From Acidimicrobiia bacterium (lineage in GTDB: Bacteria > Actinomycetota > Acidimicrobiia > IMCC26256 > JAENVU01): 64,000 bases of DNA. How positions within the stretch are numbered: position 1 is the first letter of the stretch; every line of letters starts with the position of its first letter. The stretch is from positions 66,588-130,587 of the forward strand of contig JBBSBV010000004.1 of assembly GCA_038250905.1 (NCBI GenBank), read 5' to 3'. The position numbers were made by a program, and so were the translations under genes. This document shows, in pieces, positions 44,061 to 54,078 of this stretch. A model generated the notes under the pieces. The model ran no database searches. It was not told where the DNA came from and worked only from the letters and a program-made list of their open reading frames with translations.

Positions 44061-45487
44061 GTGCCTACCTCGTGGGTGATCGGTTCCGAACCCATCTTCC
44101 CACTCGCCCAGCCGCCGATGACGGCGGAGAACAACCCGGCGCCGCCGCCGGCGTGCGCGATGAGCAGTCCGCCGTCGCGGAACTTGGGCAGGGTGGTGTC
44201 CGCGAGGCTGGTGGGCACGCCTTCGGCGATACCGCCCGCGCCGCGGATCAGTTCCGCACCGTCGATCTGGAGGAGTGCGTCGAGTTCCTCGCGGAACCGG
44301 GCCTTCGACCAGCCGGCCTCCTCGTAGACCCGGAGATGGTCGGGCGTGATGATCAACATCGCGTCGAACGCGATCGGCAACTTCGGGTGGGTCGTGGCGC
44401 GCAGGCAGACCGCGAGGCTCCGGGTCAGCGACTCGGGAGTCCGCGAGAGTTGATCGGCGATCCCGCGTACCCCCTCACCCGCGAACAAGGTGACGGTGTT
44501 CGTGTCCGCGCGGTAGCCGCGCTCCACGTGCATCGGTTCCCAGTACGCGTCCTCGTGCTCGGCGAAACAGCACGTGAACTTGCCGGGCTGGCCGAGGGTC
44601 GCCCGGTCGACCTCACCGGGCCGTCCACCTCCGACGTTGCGAATCACCAGTTGCAACGCTCGTCCGATGGTGGCGTTGGCCCGGTTGCCCGGGCCGAGCG
44701 CGTTGATCCCGCTGTTCATCCCGATGGCGCGGGTGATCGGACCGTTGACGACGATCACCGGTCCGCTGAACCAGGTGGTCGCCAGCAGCCCGTGCATGTT
44801 GAACGCATCGGTGCACGCGGCTTCGACCGCGGCGATGACCACCGGCAGGTATTCCGGCCGACAGCCCGCCATCACCGCGTTGATCGCGATCTTCTCGACG
44901 GTGCACTCGACGAGATCGGGCGGGATCACGGCGACGACGTCGTCGGGGCGGCGCGTCGTGCCGGTCAGCATCCGCACGACACGCGCCGCGGTCGGCGGCA
45001 CCAGGGGCAGTCCATCGGACCAGCCCCGGTCGTACATTGCTTCCGCGTCGTCCTCCTCGGCGCCGAGCGTCACCCGCCGGGCGCGGAGATGCTGCTCGCC
45101 CTCGCGGGTCGCGCGCGCGGCCGCCACTGCCGGGTCCTGCGTTCGTGAGCCACATCCGGGGCGGTGGGGTGGCAGGTCGGCCCCGAGGGGTTCGAGCCCG
45201 GTGAGTTCGGCCCACCGGTCCCGACTCCAGCCCACGGTCCGCGCCACCTCGACGCCGTCGACGATGCGCAGGAGCGTGGGGACGGTGTCGAGATCGAGGG
45301 TGAAGCTCACGTCGAGATCACGGTCGTCGATCGCGCCGCCGATCGCCTCGGGGAACGTGGGGTCGTCCTGCGAGTAGACGGTCAGTGGCTCGGTGCCGCG
45401 AGTCCGCAGTTCGGCGAGGACCGGCGCGACCAGTGCACAGGTGGGGCAGTCACGTTTGACGACTGCGATCAGTCCGTCGGGAAGCAC
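44057..45487 (-). CDS. Uncharacterised 476-aa protein with an N-terminal thioredoxin-like CxxC (DCPTC) region, coupled to the UGSC gene.
   Basis: Its stop overlaps the UGSC start (ATGA). GTG start. Strong codon bias, no TM helices. Confidence 0.6.
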   Translation of the reverse strand: MLPDGLIAVVKRDCPTCALVAPVLAELRTRGTEPLTVYSQDDPTFPEAIGGAIDDRDLDVSFTLDLDTVPTLLRIVDGVEVARTVGWSRDRWAELTGLEPLGADLPPHRPGCGSRTQDPAVAAARATREGEQHLRARRVTLGAEEDDAEAMYDRGWSDGLPLVPPTAARVVRMLTGTTRRPDDVVAVIPPDLVECTVEKIAINAVMAGCRPEYLPVVIAAVEAACTDAFNMHGLLATTWFSGPVIVVNGPITRAIGMNSGINALGPGNRANATIGRALQLVIRNVGGGRPGEVDRATLGQPGKFTCCFAEHEDAYWEPMHVERGYRADTNTVTLFAGEGVRGIADQLSRTPESLTRSLAVCLRATTHPKLPIAFDAMLIITPDHLRVYEEAGWSKARFREELDALLQIDGAELIRGAGGIAEGVPTSLADTTLPKFRDGGLLIAHAGGGAGLFSAVIGGWASGKMGSEPITHEVGT

Positions 45488-45508
45488 TGGCGCAGCATCA
45501 CGGGTGCC

Positions 45509-45533
45509 CGACCCGGCGTCAACCCGGCGTCAA
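45509..45533. repeat. Two tandem copies of a 12-nt unit (CCCGGCGTCAAC), between the SerC stop and the start of the large CxxC gene.
   Basis: The minus strand reads TTGACGCCGGG twice, i.e. duplicated -35-like TTGACG hexamers about 25 nt upstream of the GTG start. Confidence 0.55.
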
Positions 45534-45556
45534 CCTGGTGTGGTCGCGCGTACCGG

Positions 45557-46717
<1,161 letters not shown>

Positions 46718-47374
46718 TTACGCGTCGACCGGGCTGGGGGTCGGGGTAGTAGCCGTGTGTTCCTCGGCATACCAGGCCGGTCGGTGGTGCTTCGCCCAGG
46801 ATGTCGAGACCGTGCCGACGGTCATGCCCCGCAGGGACTCGAGGTCGCGGAAGGCGAGCACGATGTGGCCGAAGACGGTGATCCAGATCAGCACGCCGAA
46901 CCACTGGTGGACGAAGTCGGCGCCGGTGCGGATGTCGGTCGAGAACGACTGGTTCCAGTACATGATCGAACCAGTCGCGGCGAGGACGAGGGCGGCGGCG
47001 GGGACGAAGGCCGCGTTCAGCTTCTGGCCCGGGTTGAACTTCCCGAGCCGCACCGTGCGGTCCTTGGCGAACGATTTCATCCAACGGACGTCGTCGCGCG
47101 ACCACCGGTTGATCCGCCGCGCGTCGGCGCGCAGCGAGCGGCCCCACCGGGGGATCACCGCGATCGCGAACGCGACCACGATGCCGAGGCCCGAGTACAC
47201 GTGCACCGCGCGGACCGCCTCGCGATCGGGGATCAGCGATTGCCCCCAGCCGAAGTAGAACATCGCGCCGGTGCTCATCGTGATGGTGAAGAGCGTGGCG
47301 TTCACCCAGTGGGCGATGCGTTCGACCCGGGTGAAGCGCGGCACCCGCGTGGCCGGCTCAGGTCTGCTGATCAT
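46718..47374 (-). CDS. Cytochrome-b-type haem-binding membrane subunit, MsrQ/YedZ-like.
   Basis: Ferric-reductase-like TM domain with conserved His in TM helices; partner of the adjacent Mo-enzyme gene. Confidence 0.7.
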   Translation of the reverse strand: MISRPEPATRVPRFTRVERIAHWVNATLFTITMSTGAMFYFGWGQSLIPDREAVRAVHVYSGLGIVVAFAIAVIPRWGRSLRADARRINRWSRDDVRWMKSFAKDRTVRLGKFNPGQKLNAAFVPAAALVLAATGSIMYWNQSFSTDIRTGADFVHQWFGVLIWITVFGHIVLAFRDLESLRGMTVGTVSTSWAKHHRPAWYAEEHTATTPTPSPVDA

Positions 47375-48086
47375 TACGTCCGTTCGACTCGCCGACCCAC
47401 GCGTCGATGTCGTAGCCGCGGTCCTCCCAGTAGCCGGGGATCACCGAGTCGACGACCTCGATGCCATCGAGCCATTTCACGGACTTGTAGCCGTACATCG
47501 GCGCCACGTAGAGGCGGACCGGTCCGCCGTGGTCGCTCGACACCGGTTTGCCGTCGAGTTCGTACGCGACGATGACGTCGTCGCGCCGGGCCTGTTCCAT
47601 CGTGAGGCTCTCCGTGTACGTGCCGTCGAAGCTGGTGAGCCGGAGCGCCTTGCCCTCCGGTTTCACGCCGGCGCGGTCGAGCAGGTCGGCAACCCGGACG
47701 CCGCGCCACTTCACCCCGAGCACCCGCCAGCCGGTCACACACTGGAAGTCGCGATCGAGCTTCGTCGGCGGCATGGCCTTCAGCGCTTCGTAGGTGAGGG
47801 TGAAGGGCTGGTCCACGAGGCCGCCCACGCGGAGGCGGTACTCGGCGGTGGATCGGCTCGGGTAGCCGTCGGTGACGGTGTAGTAGCGCCACCCGCCACC
47901 ACCCGGGAGGATGCCGAGCAGTCCGGTTTTGTCGTCCTTGGCGATGCGCTGGAGCCAGTTCGAGACGGTCGAACCGGTGAAGATGCCGACGGTGCCGATG
48001 CCCAGGAGACCGATGAAGACCCGCCGCCCGACCGGGGTGCCGCGCTCGGCCGGCTCCGGTTCGCTCGTCACTTCGTCTTCGGCCAC
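47358..48086 (-). CDS. Molybdopterin-dependent oxidoreductase, sulfite-oxidase family (MsrP/YedY-like).
   Basis: Tat-like N-terminus (RRVFIGLLGIG) and Moco-binding Cys region (CVTGW). Confidence 0.8.
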   Translation of the reverse strand: MAEDEVTSEPEPAERGTPVGRRVFIGLLGIGTVGIFTGSTVSNWLQRIAKDDKTGLLGILPGGGGWRYYTVTDGYPSRSTAEYRLRVGGLVDQPFTLTYEALKAMPPTKLDRDFQCVTGWRVLGVKWRGVRVADLLDRAGVKPEGKALRLTSFDGTYTESLTMEQARRDDVIVAYELDGKPVSSDHGGPVRLYVAPMYGYKSVKWLDGIEVVDSVIPGYWEDRGYDIDAWVGESNGRNDQQT

Positions 48087-48158
48087 GGTTCCAGGGTAGA
48101 GGCCGGTTCGCCGGGACTTGTCGCGGTGCTCCTTACGATCCGGGGAACTTCAACGGGG

Positions 48159-49565
48159 TTACTCGACCCCGATCGCGACGACCTCGGCGAACGACTGCTC
48201 GAGACAGCTCATGAACAGCGTCCGGTCGGGAACCGCGACCGAGTCGAGGTTCACGCCGATGCAGCACGTCCCACAGTGGGACAGCAACGTGATGTTGATG
48301 GCGGCACCCGACAGCGGGCCGAACGCGTACATGCGCGCGAGCTCGGCCCCGCCGGCGAAGATGGGGAACGGCGCACCCGGCACGTTCGACGTCACGAAGT
48401 CGGCGCCCTTGAGCATCGAGCCGAAGATCGCGGTGGTGACGGTGGTGGGCAACTGGTTCAACACCCCGGCCAGGGCATCGGTCAGGGTCACCGCGGGTTC
48501 GTCGCGCACGATCCGGGCGAGGCGTCCGATCTCGACGATCCGCTCGGCCGGGTCCTTGATCATCATGGGCACGAGGAAGCGCGCCGGGGTGAAGTGGTTG
48601 CCGCCGAGATGCGCCGACGATTCCCGGAGGTTGATCGGCATGACCATCCGCAGGTCGTCGACGTGCTCGCCGTGGAACTCGTGGTACTTCGCGAGACCAC
48701 CGATGACCGCGGCGACGAACGCGTCGTTCAGCGAGCCGCCGGCGGCCTTCCCCGCGCGCTTGAGGTCGTCGAGGGGAACGTCGAGCACGCCGAGGCTGCG
48801 CGCCAACGTGCGGGCCCGCATCAACGGGGAGTGGGGCGTGGTGGCCGGCGCCAGGTAGCGCGCGACGGAACTGCCGACCTCGAGGGCCTGCGCGGTGGTC
48901 TCCCGCGGGTGTCGGGCCATCGCGTTGGAGGCCTGCCACACATCGATCACCGATCGGCGCGCCATGCCGAAGATCCGACGCCGCCGGTGGCTGAGCGACT
49001 TGATGACGAGGTCGGTGGGACCGAAGGTCGGGATGGCCTCGACCTCGTCGAGCGGGCCCTGGTCGGCCGGTTCCCGCTCGAAGTCGAAGAGCATGAGCAG
49101 GAGCTTCATCCCGCCGACACCGTCGGTCATCGAGTGGTGCACCTTCATGACGAACGCGCAGCGGCCGCCCTCGAGTCCCTCGACGAGCGTGTACTCCCAG
49201 AGCGGGCGGGCGCGGTCGAAACCGGCCATGGTGGCGTTGCGCGCGATGTCGAAGACCGCCGCGTCGGTCGGCTCGCACACCCGTACCCGGCGCAGGTGGT
49301 ACGCGAGGTCGAAGTGGTCGTCGCCCGACCAGTGCGGCGGTCCCATCCGCAGCAGGGGAGTGGCGACCCGCTGCCGCATCCGCGGGATGAGCCACGAGCC
49401 CCGCTCGATCCGGGCCACGAGCGTGTTCCAGTCCGGTGCCCGATCGAAGAAGAGCACGGTGACGATCGTCGAGCGGAGCAGCGGGTCCTTCTCGATGTTC
49501 CACATCAGCGCGTCGGAGTCGCTCATGTGCGCTTCGAAGCGCTCGGCGTCCTGGAGTCGGGGCAT
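48159..49565 (-). CDS. Wax ester synthase / diacylglycerol acyltransferase (WS/DGAT).
   Basis: HHxxxDG active-site motif (HHSMTDGVGG), 468 aa. Confidence 0.9.
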   Translation of the reverse strand: MPRLQDAERFEAHMSDSDALMWNIEKDPLLRSTIVTVLFFDRAPDWNTLVARIERGSWLIPRMRQRVATPLLRMGPPHWSGDDHFDLAYHLRRVRVCEPTDAAVFDIARNATMAGFDRARPLWEYTLVEGLEGGRCAFVMKVHHSMTDGVGGMKLLLMLFDFEREPADQGPLDEVEAIPTFGPTDLVIKSLSHRRRRIFGMARRSVIDVWQASNAMARHPRETTAQALEVGSSVARYLAPATTPHSPLMRARTLARSLGVLDVPLDDLKRAGKAAGGSLNDAFVAAVIGGLAKYHEFHGEHVDDLRMVMPINLRESSAHLGGNHFTPARFLVPMMIKDPAERIVEIGRLARIVRDEPAVTLTDALAGVLNQLPTTVTTAIFGSMLKGADFVTSNVPGAPFPIFAGGAELARMYAFGPLSGAAINITLLSHCGTCCIGVNLDSVAVPDRTLFMSCLEQSFAEVVAIGVE

Positions 49566-49657
49566 TGCGCTCTCCCTACGCGGCGAAACCCCGATGCTAC
49601 GGGATCACCCGCTCATCGGGTATCCGGGCAGTCGCCGCGTCGGCCCCGCGATCTTGG

Positions 49658-50431
49658 TCAGTCGGTCTGGTCGCGGCCCCGACCGATGACCGAACCGCGT
49701 CGGCGCCCGATCTCCTCGGGGTCGAGGCGCCAGGCCCGGAAGTAGGACTGCTCGTTGTCGATGCTCTCGGCGACCGTCACCTTCTCGTTGAGGTCGTACA
49801 GCTGCTTCAGGTTCCGGACCGCGGCCTGGTCGTTGCCGGCGATGTCGACGGCGAGTTGCTGGGCCGTCGGCAGCAGGTCGGTGTGCGGGACCACGTGGTT
49901 CACCAAGCCGGCGGCGAGGGCGTCGGTCGCGCTGAGGAAGTTGCCGGTGAGACTCATCTCCCGGGCCCGTCGGAAGCCGACGGCGGCGGGCAGGAACACG
50001 CTCATCCCACCCGCGGGCATGACCCCCACCCGGGCGTGGGTGTCGCCGAAGAACGCCTGCTCCGACGCGACGAGGAAGTCGCACGCGAGGGCGAGCTCGA
50101 ACCCACCGGTGACGCACGCGCCGTTGATCGCCCCGATCACCGGTTTGGTCGCGTGCCACAGCGCGGCGAACGGACTCACCCGTGCGTCGTCGGCGCCCCC
50201 CACGAGGTTCTTGCCACCGTCGGCCAGTTCCCGGAGGTCGAGCCCGGCACAGAAGGCGGGATCGGCGCCGGTGAGGACGACCACGTCGACGTCGGTGTCG
50301 GCCTCCGCGTCGAGGAGCGCCGCGCCGAGTTCGACCTGCAGCGCGACGTTCAGCGCGTTGCGGGATTCGGGTCGGTTCAGGGTGATCGTGCGGACCCGGT
50401 CGACGGTGGCGACGATGGTGAGTTCGGTCAT
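49658..50431 (-). CDS. Enoyl-CoA hydratase/isomerase family protein.
   Basis: Crotonase fold motifs (AFCAGLDL, GACVTGGFELALACD). Confidence 0.9.
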   Translation of the reverse strand: MTELTIVATVDRVRTITLNRPESRNALNVALQVELGAALLDAEADTDVDVVVLTGADPAFCAGLDLRELADGGKNLVGGADDARVSPFAALWHATKPVIGAINGACVTGGFELALACDFLVASEQAFFGDTHARVGVMPAGGMSVFLPAAVGFRRAREMSLTGNFLSATDALAAGLVNHVVPHTDLLPTAQQLAVDIAGNDQAAVRNLKQLYDLNEKVTVAESIDNEQSYFRAWRLDPEEIGRRRGSVIGRGRDQTD

Positions 50432-50456
50432 CCGGGCAGGGTAGAGCGCAACGGGC

Positions 50457-51182
50457 TCACGCGATCTCGTAGACGACCTTCACGTGGATCTGCATGTCCT
50501 GGGTCCCCGCCGAAACGGGAATCCCGGCCGACGCGTTGCGGGCCAGATCGGCCTGCGCGAACGAAACGCCCGTCGGAACCGGGTCTCGCTCCTCGACGAT
50601 CGTGCGCACCGCGCCGAGATGCACGTGCGCGGCGGACGCGAGTTGCGCGGCCTGGTCGTGGGCGGCGACGACCGCTCGCGTGCGGGCCTGGCGGACGACG
50701 GGTCCGGTGTCCTCGATCGACAACTCGATCGAATCGACGCGGAGGTCGTCGCCCCCGAGCTTGGCCGCGGCGTCGATCACCTTGCCGGCGTTGGGCACGT
50801 CGTGGGTCTTGGCGGTCATGCGGGTGGAGACGGTGTAACCGGTGATGTGGCCGTGGTTGTCGAACGTGGGATACATCGAGATGTTGGACGTCTGGATGTC
50901 CCGCTCGGGTACGCCGACGAACTTCAGCGCGTTGGTCACGCCGTCGACGCGCTGCGCGTTGTTGGCCAACGCCTCGGTGGCGGAGGCACCCCGCGAGTCG
51001 GCGCCGAGCCGGATGACGGCGGTGTCCGGGACACCCGCCGCGGTGCCGGTGGAGCTGCCGGTGATCGTGCGGACCGGGCGATCGGATGCCGCATCGGCAG
51101 TGGCGGGGGAGCAGGCGGTGATCGCGAGCAACGCGGCGATCGATCCGAGGATGGGCAGGACACAGGTCGATCGCGGGTGCAT
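50457..51182 (-). CDS. SIMPL (DUF541, BP26/Omp28-like) domain lipoprotein.
   Basis: Lipobox (ITAC) then a SIMPL domain. Start trimmed to the ATG (MHPRST) at 51182. Confidence 0.7.
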   Translation of the reverse strand: MHPRSTCVLPILGSIAALLAITACSPATADAASDRPVRTITGSSTGTAAGVPDTAVIRLGADSRGASATEALANNAQRVDGVTNALKFVGVPERDIQTSNISMYPTFDNHGHITGYTVSTRMTAKTHDVPNAGKVIDAAAKLGGDDLRVDSIELSIEDTGPVVRQARTRAVVAAHDQAAQLASAAHVHLGAVRTIVEERDPVPTGVSFAQADLARNASAGIPVSAGTQDMQIHVKVVYEIA

Positions 51183-51250
51183 GGCACACCTTCCGGGCAG
51201 CGTTCGGGACGCCGCTATGACGGTTGGCCGCCGCGCCCGGTTCCCGGAAG

Positions 51251-51275
51251 TTGTTGCACAGGTCGTGCTGATTGC
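51251..51275. promoter_or_regulatory. Second copy of the TTGCACAGGTCGTGC 15-mer, in the divergent promoter region between the SIMPL lipoprotein and the PH-domain membrane protein (site 2).
   Basis: Exact 15-nt match to site 1; a further TTGCA half-site lies 4 nt downstream. Confidence 0.45.
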
Positions 51276-51322
51276 AGGCCCGGGTTGTGCTGACGGGCCA
51301 TACCACCCACAATGGTTCCACG

Positions 51323-51859
51323 ATGCCTGAGCTGAGTGCCGATTCCACAGTCGCACCCGCTCCGGTTGTCGCCCCTGACAACCGGCCGGCGAGTGGCCCG
51401 ACGCTGACGCTCCGGCCGCGCCTGGTGTTCCGGTTGGCCGGACCCCTGTTGATCGTGCTCGGGGTGGCCGGTGTGGCCGCCGGATACCTCGCGGCCACCG
51501 CGATCGCGGTGATCGGCGTGTTCGGCCTGGTCGCCTGGCTCCAGCGAGTCTCGATCGACGAGCACCAGGTCGTCATCCGGGGTGTGCGCTCCTCGACCAC
51601 CCTGCCCATCGACGCGATCGACGAGGTCCGGCTCCGGCGGGTCCCGTTCGGCCCCAAGCACGGGCTGCGCAAGAGCTATCGGTTCGGCCCGTTCTCGTCG
51701 ACGCCCATCCGACTCCGGCTGATCCGCGCCGACGTCACCCTCGTGCAACTCACCGCCGTCTACTGGGAGGGCTGGGCCGGTCTGGTCCGCTACCTCCTCG
51801 CCGTTCCCGCGATCGATTCCGACAGCCGCACCCGCGGCCGCCTGGAGCGGTACGGCTGA
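51323..51859 (+). CDS. Membrane protein with two TM helices followed by a bacterial PH-like domain.
   Basis: Two adjacent TM helices then a beta-rich block (VVIRGVRSSTTLPIDAIDEVRLRR). Confidence 0.5.
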   Translation: MPELSADSTVAPAPVVAPDNRPASGPTLTLRPRLVFRLAGPLLIVLGVAGVAAGYLAATAIAVIGVFGLVAWLQRVSIDEHQVVIRGVRSSTTLPIDAIDEVRLRRVPFGPKHGLRKSYRFGPFSSTPIRLRLIRADVTLVQLTAVYWEGWAGLVRYLLAVPAIDSDSRTRGRLERYG

Positions 51860-51991
51860 CCTGTCGGGCCGTACGCTCACGCTCCTCCTCGTCATGCGTG
51901 ACGGGAGGTTCGTTCCCGGCCTGCTTGCCTCCGCAAGCTCCGGCTCGGGGGTCCCGAACGATGACGCTCGATTCTTTGCGTTCCTGACCGC

Positions 51992-52020
51992 TTGCAATCT
52001 TCAACTCGGATATTTAGTAT
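51992..52020 (+). promoter_or_regulatory. Sigma-A-like promoter TTGCAA-N17-TAGTAT positioned to give a leaderless transcript for the Rrf2-epimerase-membrane operon.
   Basis: The -10 hexamer ends 8 nt before the Rrf2 GTG start at 52029. The region is locally AT-rich. Confidence 0.4.
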
Positions 52021-52028
52021 CCGGGTTT

Positions 52029-52517
52029 GTGAAACTCTCTGATGGGATCGAGTGGGGCGTCCACGTGGCGACGTTGCTCGCGGTGCTCCCTCCGGACGCG
52101 GCCTTGCCGGCCGCTCGTCTGGCCGAGTTCCACGGGGTGCCCGCGGCGTACCTGGCCAAGCACCTGCAGGCGCTGAGCCGGGCCGGGATCCTCGAATCGG
52201 TCCAGGGCGCACGCGGGGGATACCGGCTGGCGCGCCCGGCCGCGCAGATCACGGTGCTCGACGTCGTGGAGGCCATCGACGGCACCGAGCCCGCGTTTCG
52301 CTGCCACGAGATCCGTCGGCGCGGGCCCGCGGCCCAACCTGCGAGCGCGTACCCGCTGCCGTGCGCGATCCAACGCGTGATGAGCAGCGCCGACACGGTG
52401 TGGCGCGCGTCGCTCCGCAGCGTCACCGTCGCCGACCTGGTGGCCACGGTCGCCCAGGACGCACCCCCGGCCGGCCTCGTCGCCGGCGCGCACTGGCTCC
52501 AGGAGGTACTGCCATGA
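52029..52517 (+). CDS. Rrf2 family transcriptional regulator.
   Basis: Starts VKLSDGIEWGVHVATLLA (the typical Rrf2 MKLS... start) with a winged HTH. GTG start, apparently leaderless. Confidence 0.7.
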   Translation: MKLSDGIEWGVHVATLLAVLPPDAALPAARLAEFHGVPAAYLAKHLQALSRAGILESVQGARGGYRLARPAAQITVLDVVEAIDGTEPAFRCHEIRRRGPAAQPASAYPLPCAIQRVMSSADTVWRASLRSVTVADLVATVAQDAPPAGLVAGAHWLQEVLP

Positions 52518-53443
52518 AGACGTTCCTCACCGGCGGCACCGGCGTGGTCGGCCGGTCGCTCGTTCCCCGGCTGGTCGCGGCCGGTCACGACGTGCGCGCG
52601 GTCTGCCGGCGCGATGACGCCGCAAGGTGGTTGCGGACCTTCGGCGCGGAACCGATCAGGGTCGATCTCTTCGATGCCGACGCGGTGCGCCTCGCCGTGG
52701 AGGGCACCGACGCGGTGCTGCATCTCGCGACCAACGTGCCGAACCTCACCAAGGCCGGACGGCCGAAGGGTTGGGACACCCACAACCGGCTACGGGTGGA
52801 GGCAACCACGAACCTGGTGGCGGCGGCCCGCGCGGCCGGAGTCGGTCGGTTCGTGAAGGAATCGATCACCTTCATCTACCGCGACGCGGGTGACGCCTGG
52901 ATCGATGAGGACGCGCCCGTCCTCGACGGCGGTGGAGCCCTGCAGCCGACCGTCGACGGGGAACGGATCGCGCTCGAGTTCGCGGCGGACGGCATCGCGA
53001 CGGTGCTGCGCTTCGGGTTGTTCTACGGCGGGACCGACAACCGGGGGACCGACGAGGCGTTGAAGTTGGCCAAGCTCGGCCGCTCCTCCATCGCGGGATC
53101 CAAGACTGCCTTCATGTCGTCGATCCACTGCGACGACGTCGCCACCGCGGTGATCGCCGCGTTGACCGTCGGGCCGGGGATCTACAACGTCACCGACGAC
53201 ACGCCCGTGACGCGCGGCGAATACCTCGCGGCGTTCGCGACGGCGTTCGGCATTCGGACACCGAAGCCCACGCCGGCCGTCGTGGTGAAGCTCGCGGGCG
53301 GATCCGGCGCGGCCGGTCTGGTGGCGTCGCAGCGCGTGTCCAACGCGAAGTTCCGCTCGGCGACCGGATGGTCGCCGACGTATCCCGACGTTCGGGTGGG
53401 GTGGGCGGCCGAAGCCGCGGCCCGGAAGAAAGGTCAGCGATGA
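52514..53443 (+). CDS. NAD-dependent epimerase/dehydratase (atypical SDR/NmrA-like).
   Basis: AGGAGG RBS, ATG, and a TGGTGVVG Rossmann motif. ATGA overlap with the Rrf2 stop. Confidence 0.85.
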   Translation: MKTFLTGGTGVVGRSLVPRLVAAGHDVRAVCRRDDAARWLRTFGAEPIRVDLFDADAVRLAVEGTDAVLHLATNVPNLTKAGRPKGWDTHNRLRVEATTNLVAAARAAGVGRFVKESITFIYRDAGDAWIDEDAPVLDGGGALQPTVDGERIALEFAADGIATVLRFGLFYGGTDNRGTDEALKLAKLGRSSIAGSKTAFMSSIHCDDVATAVIAALTVGPGIYNVTDDTPVTRGEYLAAFATAFGIRTPKPTPAVVVKLAGGSGAAGLVASQRVSNAKFRSATGWSPTYPDVRVGWAAEAAARKKGQR

Positions 53444-53862
53444 GGGAACGGATCCTGCGGATCGGATTGCTCTACGAAGCCGGCGCGTTCGCGTTGGTGG
53501 GCTTCTGGGCGGCGTTCGCGCCCCGGTCCTTCTATACCGACTTCCCGGTGGCGGGCCGGCACTGGATCTCGCCGGACGGGCCGTACAACCAGCACCTCAT
53601 CCGCGACGTCGGCGAACTCAGCCTCGCCCTGCTCGTGGTGATGGTGGCCGCACTCGTGACGTTGTCGATCCCGCTGGTCCGTACCGCACTGGTGGCGGTG
53701 ATCGTGAACGGCGTTCTCCACGTCGTGTACCACACGCGGCATCTCGACCACTTTTCTTCGAGTGACGGCGTCGCGGTGATCGGGAGCCTGGTGCTCGCGC
53801 CGATCGTGGCGGTGGGACTGCTCGTGCTCACCCGCTCGCCGGCGCGGACCGCGCCGGCGTAG
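53440..53862 (+). CDS. Hypothetical 4-TM membrane protein, third gene of the Rrf2 operon.
   Basis: ATGA overlap with the epimerase stop; four hydrophobic helices. Confidence 0.55.
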   Translation: MRERILRIGLLYEAGAFALVGFWAAFAPRSFYTDFPVAGRHWISPDGPYNQHLIRDVGELSLALLVVMVAALVTLSIPLVRTALVAVIVNGVLHVVYHTRHLDHFSSSDGVAVIGSLVLAPIVAVGLLVLTRSPARTAPA

Positions 53863-53870
53863 GGGATCGC

Positions 53871-53957
53871 TTAGCGGCGACCCACGTTGGGACGCTTGCC
53901 GTGATTGGCCTTGTTGCGGCGGGCCCGCAGCTTGCGCTTCTTGGTCTTCTTGCTCAC
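53871..53957 (-). CDS. 28-aa highly basic micro-protein, actinobacterial ribosomal-protein bL37-like.
   Basis: GTG preceded by a GGAGG RBS at -8. Translates VSKKTKKRKLRARRNKANHGKRPNVGRR*. The KANHGKRPN motif resembles mycobacterial bL37. Confidence 0.45.
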   Translation of the reverse strand: MSKKTKKRKLRARRNKANHGKRPNVGRR

Positions 53958-54078
53958 AGCAGTTCCTCCGAGGCGAAGCGGGCAGGGTAGTCGACGGGGA
54001 GGACGAGAAGCCTGCCGGAGGCCGAACGGGGCCGCCGCGCCCCCGAAGTGCTCCAGCCCGCGGCGGTCGGGGCGTTGA

